Numbered from the stretch's first letter, positions 26,087 to 40,640 are shown. The stretch is 64,000 nucleotides of DNA from Proteromonas lacertae (GCA_002245135.1 NGBS01000320.1:1-64000); one strand, 5' to 3'. The notes: generated from the sequence alone by a model not told the origin. Numbers and translations are program-made.

Positions 26087-28336
26087 TTAATTATTTAAAT
26101 ACTCTATTCTTTTTATTATTCTATACATCGTATTACATCCACTGAAACAGTTGATATTACAATTTCTATAAAATTCACTGTGAAATCCATTGCTAAGAAA
26201 ATAATTATGCAATAAAAATGATTCTTCACACAATTTTAGATTATATTCACTATTACTCTTTATTCTATTGTTATATTCATTCATTAAATCTATTCCATCA
26301 ATTTTTAACGAACTTATTGTAGTTAATGGCAATGGATATCATAGGTGGTTTCTTTCTAATCAAAAGTATATTTATACTAATTACATACATCAATTCTGTA
26401 ATTGTTTTATACTTTGATATATCATCTTCTGTTGGTTTATAATACAAATATTCATTTTCGTATTTAATGATTTGATCAATTTGAGTTTTATATACTCTTT
26501 TGGATTGATTTCTATAATATTATTAATTGTTAAATAATAGATTATACATCAAATTTGGTATATTTATTATTAGATTATACTTTTCACATTTACTAATAAT
26601 ACCTTCATGTTCAGTATTTAAATATTCTTTTACATCTTTTAATTGATTTACTAATTCCTCAAATCCCAATCTTAAACTATTTATATCATTATATTTACTA
26701 TTTTTCTTTTTCAATTCTCTTAGAAATTCATCTTTATTAGTATTTATATTATCAATTGGTATGTTTGATGGAATATTCTTCATTTCACGATTTACATTAT
26801 ATACATAACTTTCCATGTCATTTCTAATATGAAGATACAAAAGATTCACTAAATGTGGATGTATTATATTTAATACACTCTCACGAATTGAATCAATATC
26901 AATCTCATTTTTAGTAATATACAACTCATTATCTCTATTTTTGCTTTCATTTATTATTTTCTTATTATCTTTTATTTCATATCTCCATATTCCACTATTA
27001 TATAAACCATAATAAACACATCCACTACATACTGCTTCATCCATATTTAATGTCAAATTCAAAGGAGGTAATATATCATCTTCTTCATTTTCATCTCTTA
27101 TTTCTTTCAATAATTTACATAATTCAGTCTGAAATAGCTTTGTTCTTAATGATCCTCCAATAATTGAAATTTCTAATTTTTTCTTTTCTTCTACAGATAA
27201 TCTGCCTTCTTGTATTGATTTTCTTACTAAATTCAATAATCTATTTAATATTTGATCTTCTATAAGTATCTTGTTCAATTCTTCTATACTAAGTGTTCCA
27301 TTATAATCTTCATCATCACCATCTTCATCATAATCAAATAAATTATCAATAACAATTGAGATAGTATCAGCTCCATTTGCAGATAATTTTTCTTTTGCAT
27401 TATTCATCACTTTTAATACATTATTATACTTTTTATTATTATTTTCTATTACATTTCTAACATCCACTCCTTTTTCTTCTTTAATTTTTCCAATTATATA
27501 ATCTATTAGCAATTTGTCTATAATTCTTCCTCCTAAACAATCATCAAATACTGTATTGATTATTTCACACTTGTTTTTTGTATATCTATTCAATGTTACA
27601 TATGTATTTATATAACCCATATCAATTATTAATACAATTTTGTTTTCATTATTTACTATTATATTATTATTATTTTCATATCCAAATGTTAAACTACTAC
27701 ATAAATACTCTGGAACTGTTTCAATACATCTGTTTTCTATGTTACTATGTAATTCGTATAATTCTTTTATAATTCTATTGTGTGCTTCATTGTAATACAA
27801 AGGAACTGAGTGAAAACAATGGCAATTCCTAGGTAAAAGAGAAGTGTAATTGTAGATAAACAATGACATTATTACTTCATAAGATATGAATTGAAGAGGG
27901 ATTCCACTATAATTTTTCTATTCATTACAGATAAAAAAATTATATTTTATACAATTTTAAACTCTATTTTATTTTTATTACTACAAATACTGGATTTTGG
28001 GAAATGAAAGCACTTCACCATTTCTATATAATCTGATTTTCTTAAAAATAAATCTTTTATATATCTTATTACACTATAATTCGATTTTGTTAACTGTAAA
28101 GTAAAGATATAGACCATACATTGTTCAAGCCACTTTTACCAAACAATAGTTCATTTTCACCAAATACAAGAATAGCTCTATTATATGTTATTATAATATA
28201 TGCTATACGGAGTTCTTCTTGGAAAAGTTGCATTTTCTAACACTTTACACCCATCACCGGTTTTAAAACAACATAATGAGTAATTTTTCCCTCCGAAATC
28301 AACACCATATATCACTTCTTCTTTGTTTTTTGACAT
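26087..28336 (-). CDS. Second divergent Hsp70/Hsp110-type ATPase-domain protein with truncated substrate-binding region and short unknown C-terminus
   Basis: MSKNKEEVIYGVDFGG...ENATFPRRTP, then LIIDMGY, CLGGRIIDKLL, KEKLSANGAD, IIGGSLR, LTLNMDEAVCSGCVYYG and RNDMESYVY. Indels in the 27870-28150 region. Confidence 0.8.
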
Positions 28337-28487
28337 AAATAAATATTTTCTCAATCAAAATTTTGGATAACCACAGAATCTTAAAAAGTATTATTTCTTT
28401 TTAGAATTTAGCAAATCTATGAATTTTATCTTATTATTTAAATATAAAGTTAAAGATAGTAAAAAAAATGAAATAAAATATATTTAA

Positions 28488-29450
28488 TTATAACTTCTCA
28501 TAATCTGTCTTTACTGTAACACCACTTTCAGCTGCTGTTGTGTAAATTGATTTATCTAAACGAAGATTCTTCACTTTAATCCATACAACAATTCTATTTT
28601 AATATAATAACAATAGATAAATACATCAACACAAAGATAAGAATTTCAAATATGAATAACACTAACAACACATATTCTGTAGCTCCCATATTGGTTGTTT
28701 CATTACCACGATAACTACAATCTTTACCAAAATATCCTTCATTACAATAACAATGAGATCTTTTAGAATCACTATCATAATGACAAGATCCTTGATTTCC
28801 ACATAAATGTCTGTTACTAACACCACAACTTAATGGACATGAGAAGATTGTGTTAATGAACATGTCATATGTACAGTTATTTTCCACAACATCTACATCG
28901 TGAGAAACAACGTAATTATCAGTACATCGAACATGTATAATCAATTTTCTTGGACGACCACAATATTCATCATCACCATAATGAATAACTTGTACACCTT
29001 TTGATGGATCAGAAGCATCTTCAAAGGCAAACTCGGCTTTATTCCAATCATAACCTAATCTTATACATGTATTACCATATCTCTGAATAGCAGGAGATTC
29101 TTCAAATGTACCAGAAGCATCTTCACAAGTAGCATTTGGAGCTTTTGTGATATTGGCACAAAAATTCACATAGTAATCAACATCTAAATCTAATCTAGAA
29201 TCAGTAAAATGATATCTGCAGAAAAATAAAAAATAAATTTGCATACGATGATGAAGTCATCATAGGTGATAAATCATATTCACCAACTGTGCCATATGTA
29301 TCATTACTAAGAGTAAACTTGCCTATAGTCAATAATTAACAAAATGTGATACAATGAGAAGCTAAACTGAAAGACACATTTAATGTGATAAACTATGATT
29401 ATAATAGATAGGAATTACCATACAACAGCTATTAATGCTATATATTTCAT
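28488..29450 (-). CDS. Mannose-6-phosphate-receptor homology (MRH/ATG27-like) domain, EGF, TM and sorting tail
   Basis: Signal peptide, YDLSPM, YYVNFCANI, CIRLG, DPSKGVQVIHYG, C..PRKLIIHVRC and CTYDMFINTIFSCP. EGF segment CGNQGSC...CYCNEGYFGKDC, TM helix, cytosolic tail ending DYEKL*. Confidence 0.75.
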
Positions 29451-29894
29451 GAAAGATTTGATTAAAAAGAATTGATGTATCAAGCCTTAATGCTATAAAA
29501 GTATTGAATTTCTATTTAAATATGCCTCATCACAATCTTATACTAATTTCTTCAATTTAGAGGAATAGAGAGTAGTTTAATTTAAAAATTCTTCTACCAA
29601 AGTGTTTTATGCGTTGATCTATAGCTATTGGGTGTAAATTGCATAAATGTTACTTAATACACAACGTAAGTATGATATATTATTAAATAACATGTGCATT
29701 AAATCCAAAAAATGTTGTTTTAAGGAAGAATAGTGTAGATAGCTTGAATTACTTTTTTTTTTTGAGTATAAAACAGATTCTATTCACATAGCTATAAATA
29801 AGTGTGAATTTCAATCTTCTTTGTTTATTTTATTTACAAATTCATTTTTTAAAGCAAATACAAAAATTATATTCGTTTCATTCAAACTTTATCT

Positions 29895-31361
29895 ATGAAT
29901 TTTTCTTTTTTTGGAGTATCATAAATCTTTTGTAATAATTAGATTGCATTTATATGCATTATTGCATCAGTATCTGCAGTATACATAAGAGGTGTACCAA
30001 AGAATAAACAAGAACTCTATACTCGAGGTTTAGAGGATCCAGAAACTGTATCAATTATAAATATTATTGTAAATAGTTTGAATGTTTGGATAAACTAAAA
30101 GTAATTCCATTTTATCAAGTAAATGACGATTATTGTGACTGTCCTGATGGTTCAGATGAACCTGGCACTTGTATAGAATAGAATATAATTTTATATTTAT
30201 TTAATTCTAGCTGCATGTCCAAATTTTCATTTTTATTGTCAAAATCGTGGATTTTTAAGTAATTACATCCCTAGTTCAAACGTAAATGATGGAATATGTG
30301 ATTGTTGTGATGGATCTGATGAATCAACAACAATAATCTGTCACAACAAATGTGAAGAATTAGCAAATCAATATTTGTATAATAATAGTTTTTCTATTTA
30401 TAAAATAGACAACAATCAGAAAATGAAAAAAGAAATTACGAAATGGGAATTCACGAGAGAACTAAATATGAACAAGAAGGCAAAGCAATGTTAGAATCAT
30501 TAAAAACAGAAGTATCTCAATTACAAACAGAATTAGATGGATTAAAATCAGATTTACCATCTATCAAAGAGAATAAAGAAAACATGGAAAAATTAGAAGA
30601 AGAAGAAAAGAAGAATGTAATGAATAGTCCAGAATGGTCAGAAAAACATAACGAATTATTGAAGAAGTTAAAAATATCAGAAATGACAGTAGAACAATTA
30701 CAAGAAGTGATTATTGAATTAGGAAAGAAATATAATACTGGTAGAGATATTCAAGAAATTTCTAAGAAAATTATGAATGATAATGAAGCAATAGTTGAAG
30801 ATATTGTGTTTGACAATTATTTACCTCCTAATACTTATACTAAACCAGAAGCTAATGAAGCTAGAACTAAGTTGCAAGAAGCTGAAAAGAAAATAAATGA
30901 CTTAGAATCACAAATTAATGAAAAGAATAAGAATTTAAATATAAAAGAGATTATTGATGATGTTGCTTGGTATTATATTAAAGGAAAGTGCTATGATGGT
31001 AGATCAGGTAAATATAACTATCATCATTGCTTATTAGATTCAATAACACAAGATGGTACAAGTATAGGCACTTTTGACCATATGGAAGAAATTGATGATA
31101 AAAAGAAGAAAATTTTGTATTATAAGAATGGTAGTAGCTGTTGGAATGGACCTAATAGATCTTGTAAAGTTACTTTGGAATGTGGAGCTGAGAATAGAGT
31201 GATTGACGTTAGTGAGCCAAGTACTTGTGTTTATGAGATGAAATTTCAAAGTCCATTAGGATGCAATCCAAGCAAACCAGTATATATACTTTATTATTCT
31301 TTTTTTTATTTAATAGTCTTATTTTGATCCAAATTTATGCGAAGATGGATGTGAACTGTAA
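29895..31361 (+). CDS. PRKCSH: Glucosidase II beta subunit
   Basis: Signal peptide plus [35 protein letters not shown], coiled coil, and MRH domain [22 protein letters not shown]...[17 protein letters not shown]. The last exon ends EDGCEL*. Confidence 0.93.
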
Positions 31362-31477
31362 GCATTGATGATATAAAACAATTTATCATAAGTATTATTT
31401 TCAATTTCCTTTTTTTCAGGTGTTTTTTTGATGGATTCTTTTTTGAAAATGACAAGCCAAGCTGCTTCTCTAAATAA

Positions 31478-34400
31478 ATGTTAAATTTCATAAGATATAT
31501 CCCATATATTGTACTGGGATATCTACCATTTGTAGTAATATCTTCATTTGTATACATATATATGCAATTTATTTCATTATAGGCAATATCTTTTCTTCTT
31601 ACATTTCTTAAAACAGTTTTATGTATTAAATACCAAATTTTCTTGTAGTGAAATATATTAAACCTAAAATACCAAAGTCAATTCAACCAAATTTCTTTCA
31701 TAATTGTTGGATAGTATTCTTTTATGCACCAATAAAAGCATTTTTCTATTCACATTATTTATTTACGGTGATTGTTAAAGGTGGTAAGTTGAAGTTAGTA
31801 GTTGATGCTGATGATAGTTTTCATGAGGATGTTTGGAAAGAAAGAATTAAAAAAATGTTAGAAATAAAACTACGTATATTATATTTGTGATTGTATAGCC
31901 TCAAATCTTGGTTTTATCTTAAACATTTTAAGATTCTTCACAATTACTGTTGAAGGAGTAGATGTGGAAGTGGTTTATACACACAAAAACAAAAATTTAT
32001 TCTCTTTATATGTTAATAACATTCAATTCTCATTTTCTATAAGATTCAAATCAAATACTCTACAAATAAATATAAATAAGGATGAATCAAATAAACCAAT
32101 CAGATTTGGAGTAATTAATGATTGTAATAACTATATTGATTATAATGGATTTAATATTGATGTATGTTAATTATTGATTTTCTATAATTAGATGACTTTA
32201 CCCTATGAGAATGGAAGTATTACTTCAGTAACTCCTTCAGATGTGAATATAACGTTAAATAGTGTTGAAGCATTCATAAAACCATCGAATATGAACTTAT
32301 TGTTATTTCTCTATGAATATAATGTATATTTTATCTTTTATTCTCTTATTAATAGTTAAAATCAAATCATCTCAAAGTATTGAAATTACTCAGCAGTCAT
32401 ATACGTAACTTTTGTCATAACACATTGATAGAATCAAAAGATTTTCTTAAACTGTTAAACAGTATATATATAATATTTACTATATATATATAGCTTACAT
32501 TTGTCCATCATTTCAATTAACTGTAAATAAATTCCAATTAAACATTTTACAAACATATCGATATAAGATGATAATATATATCAATGATTTATCATTTACT
32601 CACAAGATATATACACATAATAAAGATAACAGAGAAAATGGATTTGATAATGATGAATTATACTATTCTGTTCAAGCGAAAAGATTATCGACAATAACAG
32701 AATTCTATATAAAAATCATCACCAAAATAAAAAGCGTCAAAATAGATACAACGCATACATGTAACTGTTCAATAGTCAAGCCAAGTTTAAATCCAACTTG
32801 TACTAATTCAAGTCATATCACTCATTTCTTATATATTCCAAATATTGAATTCGTTAATGAGTTTTTAACAAGTTCTGAAATGATAGATCGAGTTAATTGT
32901 TATACATCTCATTGTACTTATTCAATAGTAGTTCCAGCAATTGATATTCATATAGATCCATCAGTTTCGTTGTTTATTTATTACATAACCAAACAAATGT
33001 CAGAATCATTGAAAAATATTATTCATCAAAGTAGTTATGATAGAATCACATCATTTATACAAATTAAATATTATTATTATAATCGATTATATGAATATTG
33101 GTCATTCTTACCACCAGTTATTCAATCTATTATAATTGAATCAATATTACCTTCTATCTCACTTACAACAATGGTTCAAAATATATCATTGAAATTTAGT
33201 AATTCTCCACATGAAGACCTTTTACAAATGTTAGTAAAATCTTTTGATTTATCAGTTGATTATAATTTAGGTGAAGATTATGCAGTAATGATTACAGTCG
33301 ATGATATAGTTGGTGAATTATTTGATTATCCTTATTTATTCACAAGACAAGAGAAAGATGTATTAAATCCACCAATTGAATATGATTATAAAGATGTATG
33401 GATTTATGATAAGAAGTTCTTAATTGTTCCACAGTTTATAGTTCATATTAACTCTATTATGCCTTTTATTATTCCATCTGTTAAGTTTAATATACCTGAC
33501 AATGTTGTATTTGTTTATTCACATGATTTATGTCAGATATTGGGAGATATTGAATGGTTATTTATGTTAATGCTTCCTGAAGATTTATTACCAAAAACAC
33601 CTAATGAGCTTGACATTGCTCAAGCCACTGACATTGACAAACTGCCAAACCGACCTGATCCACCAGGTGTAACAGCAGATCCATTTGAAAGTAAACCAGC
33701 TTATACAATAATCAGTGGAAGTATTAATAATATAAAGTGTTATGTTCCATATTCCATTGAATTTAATGAAATTAAAAATCCCTGTCAAACTTCTAGTCCA
33801 ACTCATAAACAACAACAACAAAATATAAGTAATAATGAACCAGCAATAATTGCAATGAAATTGGTTACTTTAGATACAATGTTTGTAGGATTAAACAATG
33901 AATTAAACTGGAGAGCAGAATTCAAAAATATTCATATCAATCAAGAAAAACTACCCAATCAAGAACTAGATCAAAAATCAAAGACTATCATCTTTACACA
34001 TGTTGTAATATATGGATATCCATTCTATAAAGATGGTTTATATATCGATGTATTTCTAGAAAATGTCAAAGTAAGTTGGGGAGTTGAAATGTATGTTCAT
34101 TTTCATGGTTTTATGCAAAGAATCAAATATATGGCTTATGTGAGTAATTTTACATTAGCATTGAGATTGGAACACTTAAGAGAACATTTAAATGAAAGAA
34201 ATAGCGGTTGTGGATGTAAGAATCTTGTGTATGGTGAATATATTGATAAAATTGGTGCACAAATCAGTCCATTTGATAATCCAAGTGGAATATTCATTGA
34301 AGGATGTAATAAGAATCCTTCCTACTACAATTATGATTATTTACAATATTTAAAATGGAAAGAATATACAAGATTAAGTGGAAGTGGTGAAAAATTGTTT

Positions 34401-37400
34401 AGAGTATATTGTTATGATTTGAATGTATTTATGGGAAGTAACAGAGATAATGATAATATAGAACCAGTGGCTGTACATTTTGATTTATTCGCTACTTATG
34501 ATCTTTATTCTCATTGGCTATTTGATCATGTGAATGTATCTTATAAAGGAGTGAAATTCTTTGAAGCCGGTTTGATTGATGCTTTACAGACGAATGAGAA
34601 TCAAGATAGAATACTTGGAACTTACCATGCTGAAATATTGCTAAGGGAACAAGCTGTATCTCAAAAGAAAGGTATTTTTTACAATGTAATGGAATCTTTA
34701 TATGGAAAATATGGTTGGAATATAACTTTGAATGATTTATCTATCACTATACCACCTATTGAAATGAATACATCTTTAGATTACTTTATGGCTATTGGAA
34801 AAGGAGCTTCTTTGATTAAAGGAAGATTTCAACCTCGTTGTCAAGAATTCTACAAATATTTCCGTTGGTATCCACCCGATTTATCACCTGGAACAATTTG
34901 GTTGAATTTGAACAACTTGAAGATTGAAATATTAGAGAAATCTGAATATGAATCAATGATTCATGAGTATAGAGTTCCATTAAAGACAGAAATATATAGA
35001 AGATACTTATCAAGACAGTATTATCAAGATTTTACTGAGATAAATGAAGATATTAAAGTGAACAGAGATGAATACTTCAAACAGTTATATTTAAGAGAAA
35101 TAGAAAGTGCTAATCGATATATAAAGTCAATTCCATTGAATAGAAATCATCATAAAAGTTTATTGTTTTTGTCAGTTGATAGAATGAAAATGGTTTATAA
35201 TTTAAAGATAGATACACCATTTGTTGTGTCAATAATACAGAAATCTGAAAATGATTTTATTATCAAAGATGATAGAAGAAGAATGCCATTAACAGATGGC
35301 TTAAGTGGTGGAAATTATGAAATAACCATTGAGAATATGAGAGTGAATATTCGAAATCATTTTAATGACATTGTCAAGATAGATTCAGTTAAAATCAATG
35401 GTAATACAGCAAGTATAATGTTTGCTACTTATAATTGTTTCACTGAAATACATCAACATATTATAATAAATAATATATATGCTCCATTAGAATATACTAT
35501 TGCTCCAATGGAATTATACGGTTCTTTAAAGTTAGAAATCAATGGAGTTGACTTTACAATGACTTGTGGAGATTATAACTCATTATTTGATACTTGTAAG
35601 ATAAGTTATGAGTTAATAAAAGACTTTATCACTTTTGGTGATTTGATTCCTTTTGATTATATTCGAATGTTGTGTCATTTTGATTTGAATGTGAATATGA
35701 ATCATATTCATTCAGAATTGAGAAATACAAATGATCCATTTAGCTTGAATAATAAAGGAATGTATATTGATATTAAACGTATTGATTTAATATCTTCTCA
35801 ATTGTTTTATGATCATGAAATAAAAATAGAAGATTTCTCAGTTTCATTGAATGAGAATACAACAATAGAGAATGTGTTATTGACTAAAGAGAATAGTAAT
35901 ATAGGAGATGATGAAAGAATGAAAAATTCATTTGAGATATTGTATTTACCACTTCAAATAATCAATATATCATTAGATTACTATGAAAATCCAAATGTCG
36001 ATCATTCTCATCATATATTCCCTTATGTTTACACCAATAAAGATAGAACTAAAGCTTATCCTAATGTGAATTACACTGGAACAAGAAATAAGAAAGAAAC
36101 TGATGAAGTAAGAGCTTTGTTAGTAAAAGACTTTAAAATGAATAAAATTTGTTTGAATATCAAATATCAAATGAAACAATTCAATAATATTCCTCATTTG
36201 AATATATCTATTGATAAAATATTTGAGTTAATCGATTGGAGTGTGAATTATTTCTATTATTTCATAAGTTATGCTTCCAGTCATTATTTTAAGACACTCA
36301 TCTATGATTATTTCAGATCAGTTCATTTTGATAAAATAATTATAGAAAGATTTGAAGTGAATGTGATAGATAATTCATCAAATAGTAAAATAGGAATAAA
36401 TGTAAATATTCCAAATCCAATTTACATCAAGTTTAACTTAGATAAAGTGAGATGTGATGATAATAATAATATCTATGATGATTTAGAGTATATAGTAATC
36501 AATAAGAATGAACCTTATTTGTGGTTATTATCACATTCAATTCTATATATTAATGGAATTATTTGTAACTTTATGAAACTATCACTTCCACCTCATCAGA
36601 CTTATTTTAATTACTTCTCTTCAATTGAACAAGTTCAATTGTTCCAATACCGAAAAGATGATTCTGAATTGATAAAAGAATTGAAATATCTAATAGAATC
36701 ATCGCCTTCATCCACAATACCATCTAAATTGAACTTTTCTAATTTAAGTTCAAAGCATTTGAATAGAAATGTAAATAATTATGGTAGCGGAAATGATTCT
36801 TCAGGATGTAATACTCCTACCAATAATCAATCAAATTCTCCTCAATTCCCATCCAATATTTCACTCTATCAGTCAAATATATCTATTACTGTTATATCAT
36901 TCAAATGTTCAATAAAAAATGCATTTATAATGAATTACTTATTACCACTGTTTATTACAACAAGACAAATATTAGAAGCTGAAATACCAATCAGATATGA
37001 GACAATTATGAGAATGGTAAATCCTGAAAAGTATAAACAACAGAAAGCTGAAAAGAATAACACTGTTGGTGGAATAAGTTTGGGTAGAAGAGGATCAGCA
37101 CCATCTTTAGAAGAAGTAGGAATGATGGATAATCTGTCTTCATCAATATTGAACTTTAGAAGCCAATCAACAAGTATATTTTATTCTCTATATTTTTTTT
37201 TACAATAGATTTAGATGCATTGACAAAGTATATTGATTCAATTAAAAGTGATATAATTCCTCGAATAGAAATCCATTGTAGAAATCCACAAATACACATT
37301 CAAAATGACACTACAAATGATGTATTGCTATGTTATGTAAATGATATAAATATTATTCTATTTACTAACAGCAAATACTCTAAATTCCATGTTACTTTCT

Positions 37401-39144
37401 CCATTCAATCATTACAATTGTTTATTGCTCCATCTCAACTTATGTGTTCAACTTCCAACTCCAATATTAATAATAATAGTAACAACAACAATAACACTTC
37501 AAATCCAATAACAAATCAATTAAACAACAACAATAACATCAATAACAATATGAATAGTGGTAATAGCAGTAGGTAATAATAACACTATGAATGGATTATT
37601 CTGGTTACCTGATGATAAAAGTAATAGTTCAAATTCAACTATGAATAGAGGTGTATTTAAACCAATCACTTATCCTCTTCATTTACTAACTGAACTGTGG
37701 TATAGACAATCGAAACGACATGCAGTTATACAATTAGATTTACCTGATATTAATATAATGATGAATAGTTTAGGCATTTCAAACATTGTATTTAGTGATT
37801 GATGGATTAATTCAGTGTATGGATGATTGTATGAAAGCCACAAAGAAATATGAATATCACTATGAAGATGTGGTGTTAGAGTCACTTGATGATTTGATAG
37901 ATGGATATTATGATATGAAAGAGTTGGAATGGTCTTTGAAATATTATGTTGATTTGAATAACAATTTGAAATTAGTGAATCTTCAACAACAACAACAACA
38001 ACAACAAAATAGTAATAACAATGAAAATGACAATAATGTACAGAAATTAATGGATTATTATGAACATCAAATCACTAAATATACATCCAAGTATTTGTAT
38101 TATAAAAATAAATTAAGAATGTTAATGTTGAAAGAAGAAATGTTAAAGAATGATGATTTGCCAAGTATTTATTTCTTAGCTAAATTAAATACAATAAAAT
38201 TATCATTAAATGACGAATTGACAGATTCTCCAATGATTACATTCCAAGTATTAGATACTGGTTTTGTTGCTGAGTATAATCACGATAAAAGAATAAATGT
38301 TGAAGTAAAAGTGAAAGATTTTAGTTGTGTTTCTGATACAGAGTATATATATTATATTATTATTTTATTATTCATTAGGAAATTGGTTGTTAAATATAAG
38401 CAGAGTGATAAAAATATAGTTGAATTAGAATTATCTTGTTGTTTAAGTGATAAATCACCTCATCTTATAATCAATAATTTAGATGTAAATATTGATCCGA
38501 TATTAATAGAATTATCCTCAAGCTGTTTCAATACAATAAAAGAGTTCTTTTCACCTCCCAATACCAGAAATTCAATATCAATATATAACTCCAGTTTGAG
38601 AGATTGGTATATGATAGAAAGTACAGATATAATGAAAGTAAAAGTAAGAATTATTGACTTTACAATGCATGAAATACAGATATATATTAGTACAATGAGG
38701 TTTGTTGTTCCACAGTTTGATATTTCCAATAGGGAATTATCTACCAGTGCTATTGTCAAGCAATTAACTCACCATTTACTTATCTCATCTGGATCAATTG
38801 TATTATTTATTTATTTTATTGATTAGATTTCGAAATTATTATCATCAGCAATTACAAATAATCAGTTGGTTGTTACTCTGAGTAATTATATAAGATCATT
38901 AAGACAGAGATTGGATGATACAATTATTTCTCCAGCATATACACCAAGCGACTCTCCTCGTGTATATCCTGAAAGGTTATTGAATCCAACTCCTCCTCCA
39001 CCTAAATCAAGATTTAGACATTGGCACAATATATTTAGGAGAAAATATCTTTTTATTTTAATTATTATTGATATTATATTATCCTTAATATAGTTTAGGA
39101 AGAATGATAATGGAAGTAGATCTGAATCTCCTTCTCTTGATTAA
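31478..39144 (+). CDS. Bridge-like lipid transfer protein, Hobbit/FMP27/KIAA0100 (BLTP2)-like
   Basis: About 2,400 aa with an N-terminal TM helix and beta-strand-rich body. LIPFDYIRMLCH resembles the family WDKxR..HG motif, IHCRNPQIHIQ resembles the Apt1-region motif, and there is a late coiled coil. 1546-aa central exon. Confidence 0.6.
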
Positions 39145-39199
39145 TATATACTTATTCATTCTTCATGTTTTAATTGATTTCTTAGTATTAAATAGTATT

Positions 39200-39207
39200 T
39201 GTTTGTT
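39200..39207 (+). terminator. TGTTTGTT candidate polyadenylation element
   Basis: About 55 nt after the BLTP-like stop at 39144. Confidence 0.5.
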
Positions 39208-39295
39208 TATTCACATGAAAAATCGATTTTTAAGTTTCTGTTGAAACGGAATAAATTTTATAAATTAATTTCTTTTTTTCATTTTTCTCAAGATC

Positions 39296-40640
39296 ATGAA
39301 CTGCAATTATAAAAAAATAATTATAACTTTAACATTTATCCAAATTATAATGGCGGCACCTTGCCCAAGCATGTGTAATGGACATGGTAGCTGTAGTATA
39401 TCAGGAATGTGTAATTGCTTTCCAGGATGGATTGGTGGTGATTGTAGTGATAGTATATATTTTTTGGATATATTATATTAGGGACTTGTCCATATGGTCA
39501 TAGTTATATTGATCCAACAACTCAACCAGGAGGTTATTCCACATTAATTGATCGATGCAAGTTTAGAGTGTAGTGGTCAAGGTGTTTGTGATAGAAAAGA
39601 AGGTAAATGTCAATGTTTTAATGGTTATGAAGGTGCAAATTGTGATAGAATCAGTTGTCCAAACAATTGTAACAATCATGGTGTATGTACAGCAGTAAAA
39701 ATGACAGATTTATATGATAATACTCATTCAAACAGTTTTTATACAACAGATTTATCAAAATTACCCTCTAAAAGTACTGCATTCTAAACCATCATCATCT
39801 AAGGCTTATGATGGTTGGGATTTAGATCAAAGTTATGTTTGTGTATGTGATGGTGAATATACTGGATATGATTGTAGTGAGAAGAAATGTCCTAAAGGAT
39901 ATACTATTAATAGTGATTGTGATACTCCAGCTGAATCAACTCAGACAATGATTATTGGAACAGGTGCTAATCCATTTTATGATGGTAATATTGCTAAAGG
40001 TGTTTATAATTGTATGACATATTTGGAATATACAGATATGTATAATAGAATATGGTATAGTGATGCATTTTGTATATTATGTCAGAAGAAGGGAGATGAA
40101 ACTCAAAATTACTACACCTACTTTACCTAAAGATGTTAATTTTTGCGATAATGTGTTAGGATGGGAAGAAGCATTAAGTAGACTTCCTGTTGGAACATAT
40201 TGATGCAGAAGTGAAGATAGAACTAACTAAGATGATGGTAAGAATTGATGCTCAGAAAATCACTAAAGTTACTTCAACAATCTCATTTGGATCTCAACAA
40301 ACAGGAAGACAAAAACCATTAAGATTAATTACAATAAACGAATTGAAAGGCGGATGGACTAAATGCTGAATGGAGTGGTAATACTGGTACTGGATATCAT
40401 GGAATGACAAATGCTGCATTAACATTAGATAAAAATGGTGAAACAGTAAAAAATGATGCAGATGATAGGTTCTACACTCCATTAGATGTTTCAAGAACTA
40501 GTATAACTCCAACTAAAGTAAGTGGAATATCACCATTAGAATGCAGTAGACATGGTGTTTGTGATAGAAATACTGGTTTATGTCAATGTTTTGAAGGATA
40601 TTATGGATTAGCTTGTACAGAACAAGCATCTGTTATGTAA
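39296..40640 (+). CDS. Tenascin-type EGF-repeat protein with Sig1/Ocm1 (stramenopile tubular mastigoneme) architecture, frameshifted
   Basis: Signal peptide, CPSMCNGHGSC...CFPGWIGGDCS, TCPYG, ECSGQGVCDRKEGKCQCFNGYEGANCDRISCPNNCNNHGVC, W...CVCDGEYTGYDCSEKKCPKG, a cysteine-poor spacer, and terminal ECSRHGVCDRNTGLCQCFEGYYGLACTEQ. At least 4-5 frame breaks. Confidence 0.75.

Noticed and set aside
29451..29894. Structured RNA gene in the longer intergenic regions (also 16875-17354 and 25719-26086)
   Set aside because: No tRNA, snRNA or snoRNA box motifs were recognised, only short AT-rich hairpins expected by chance.
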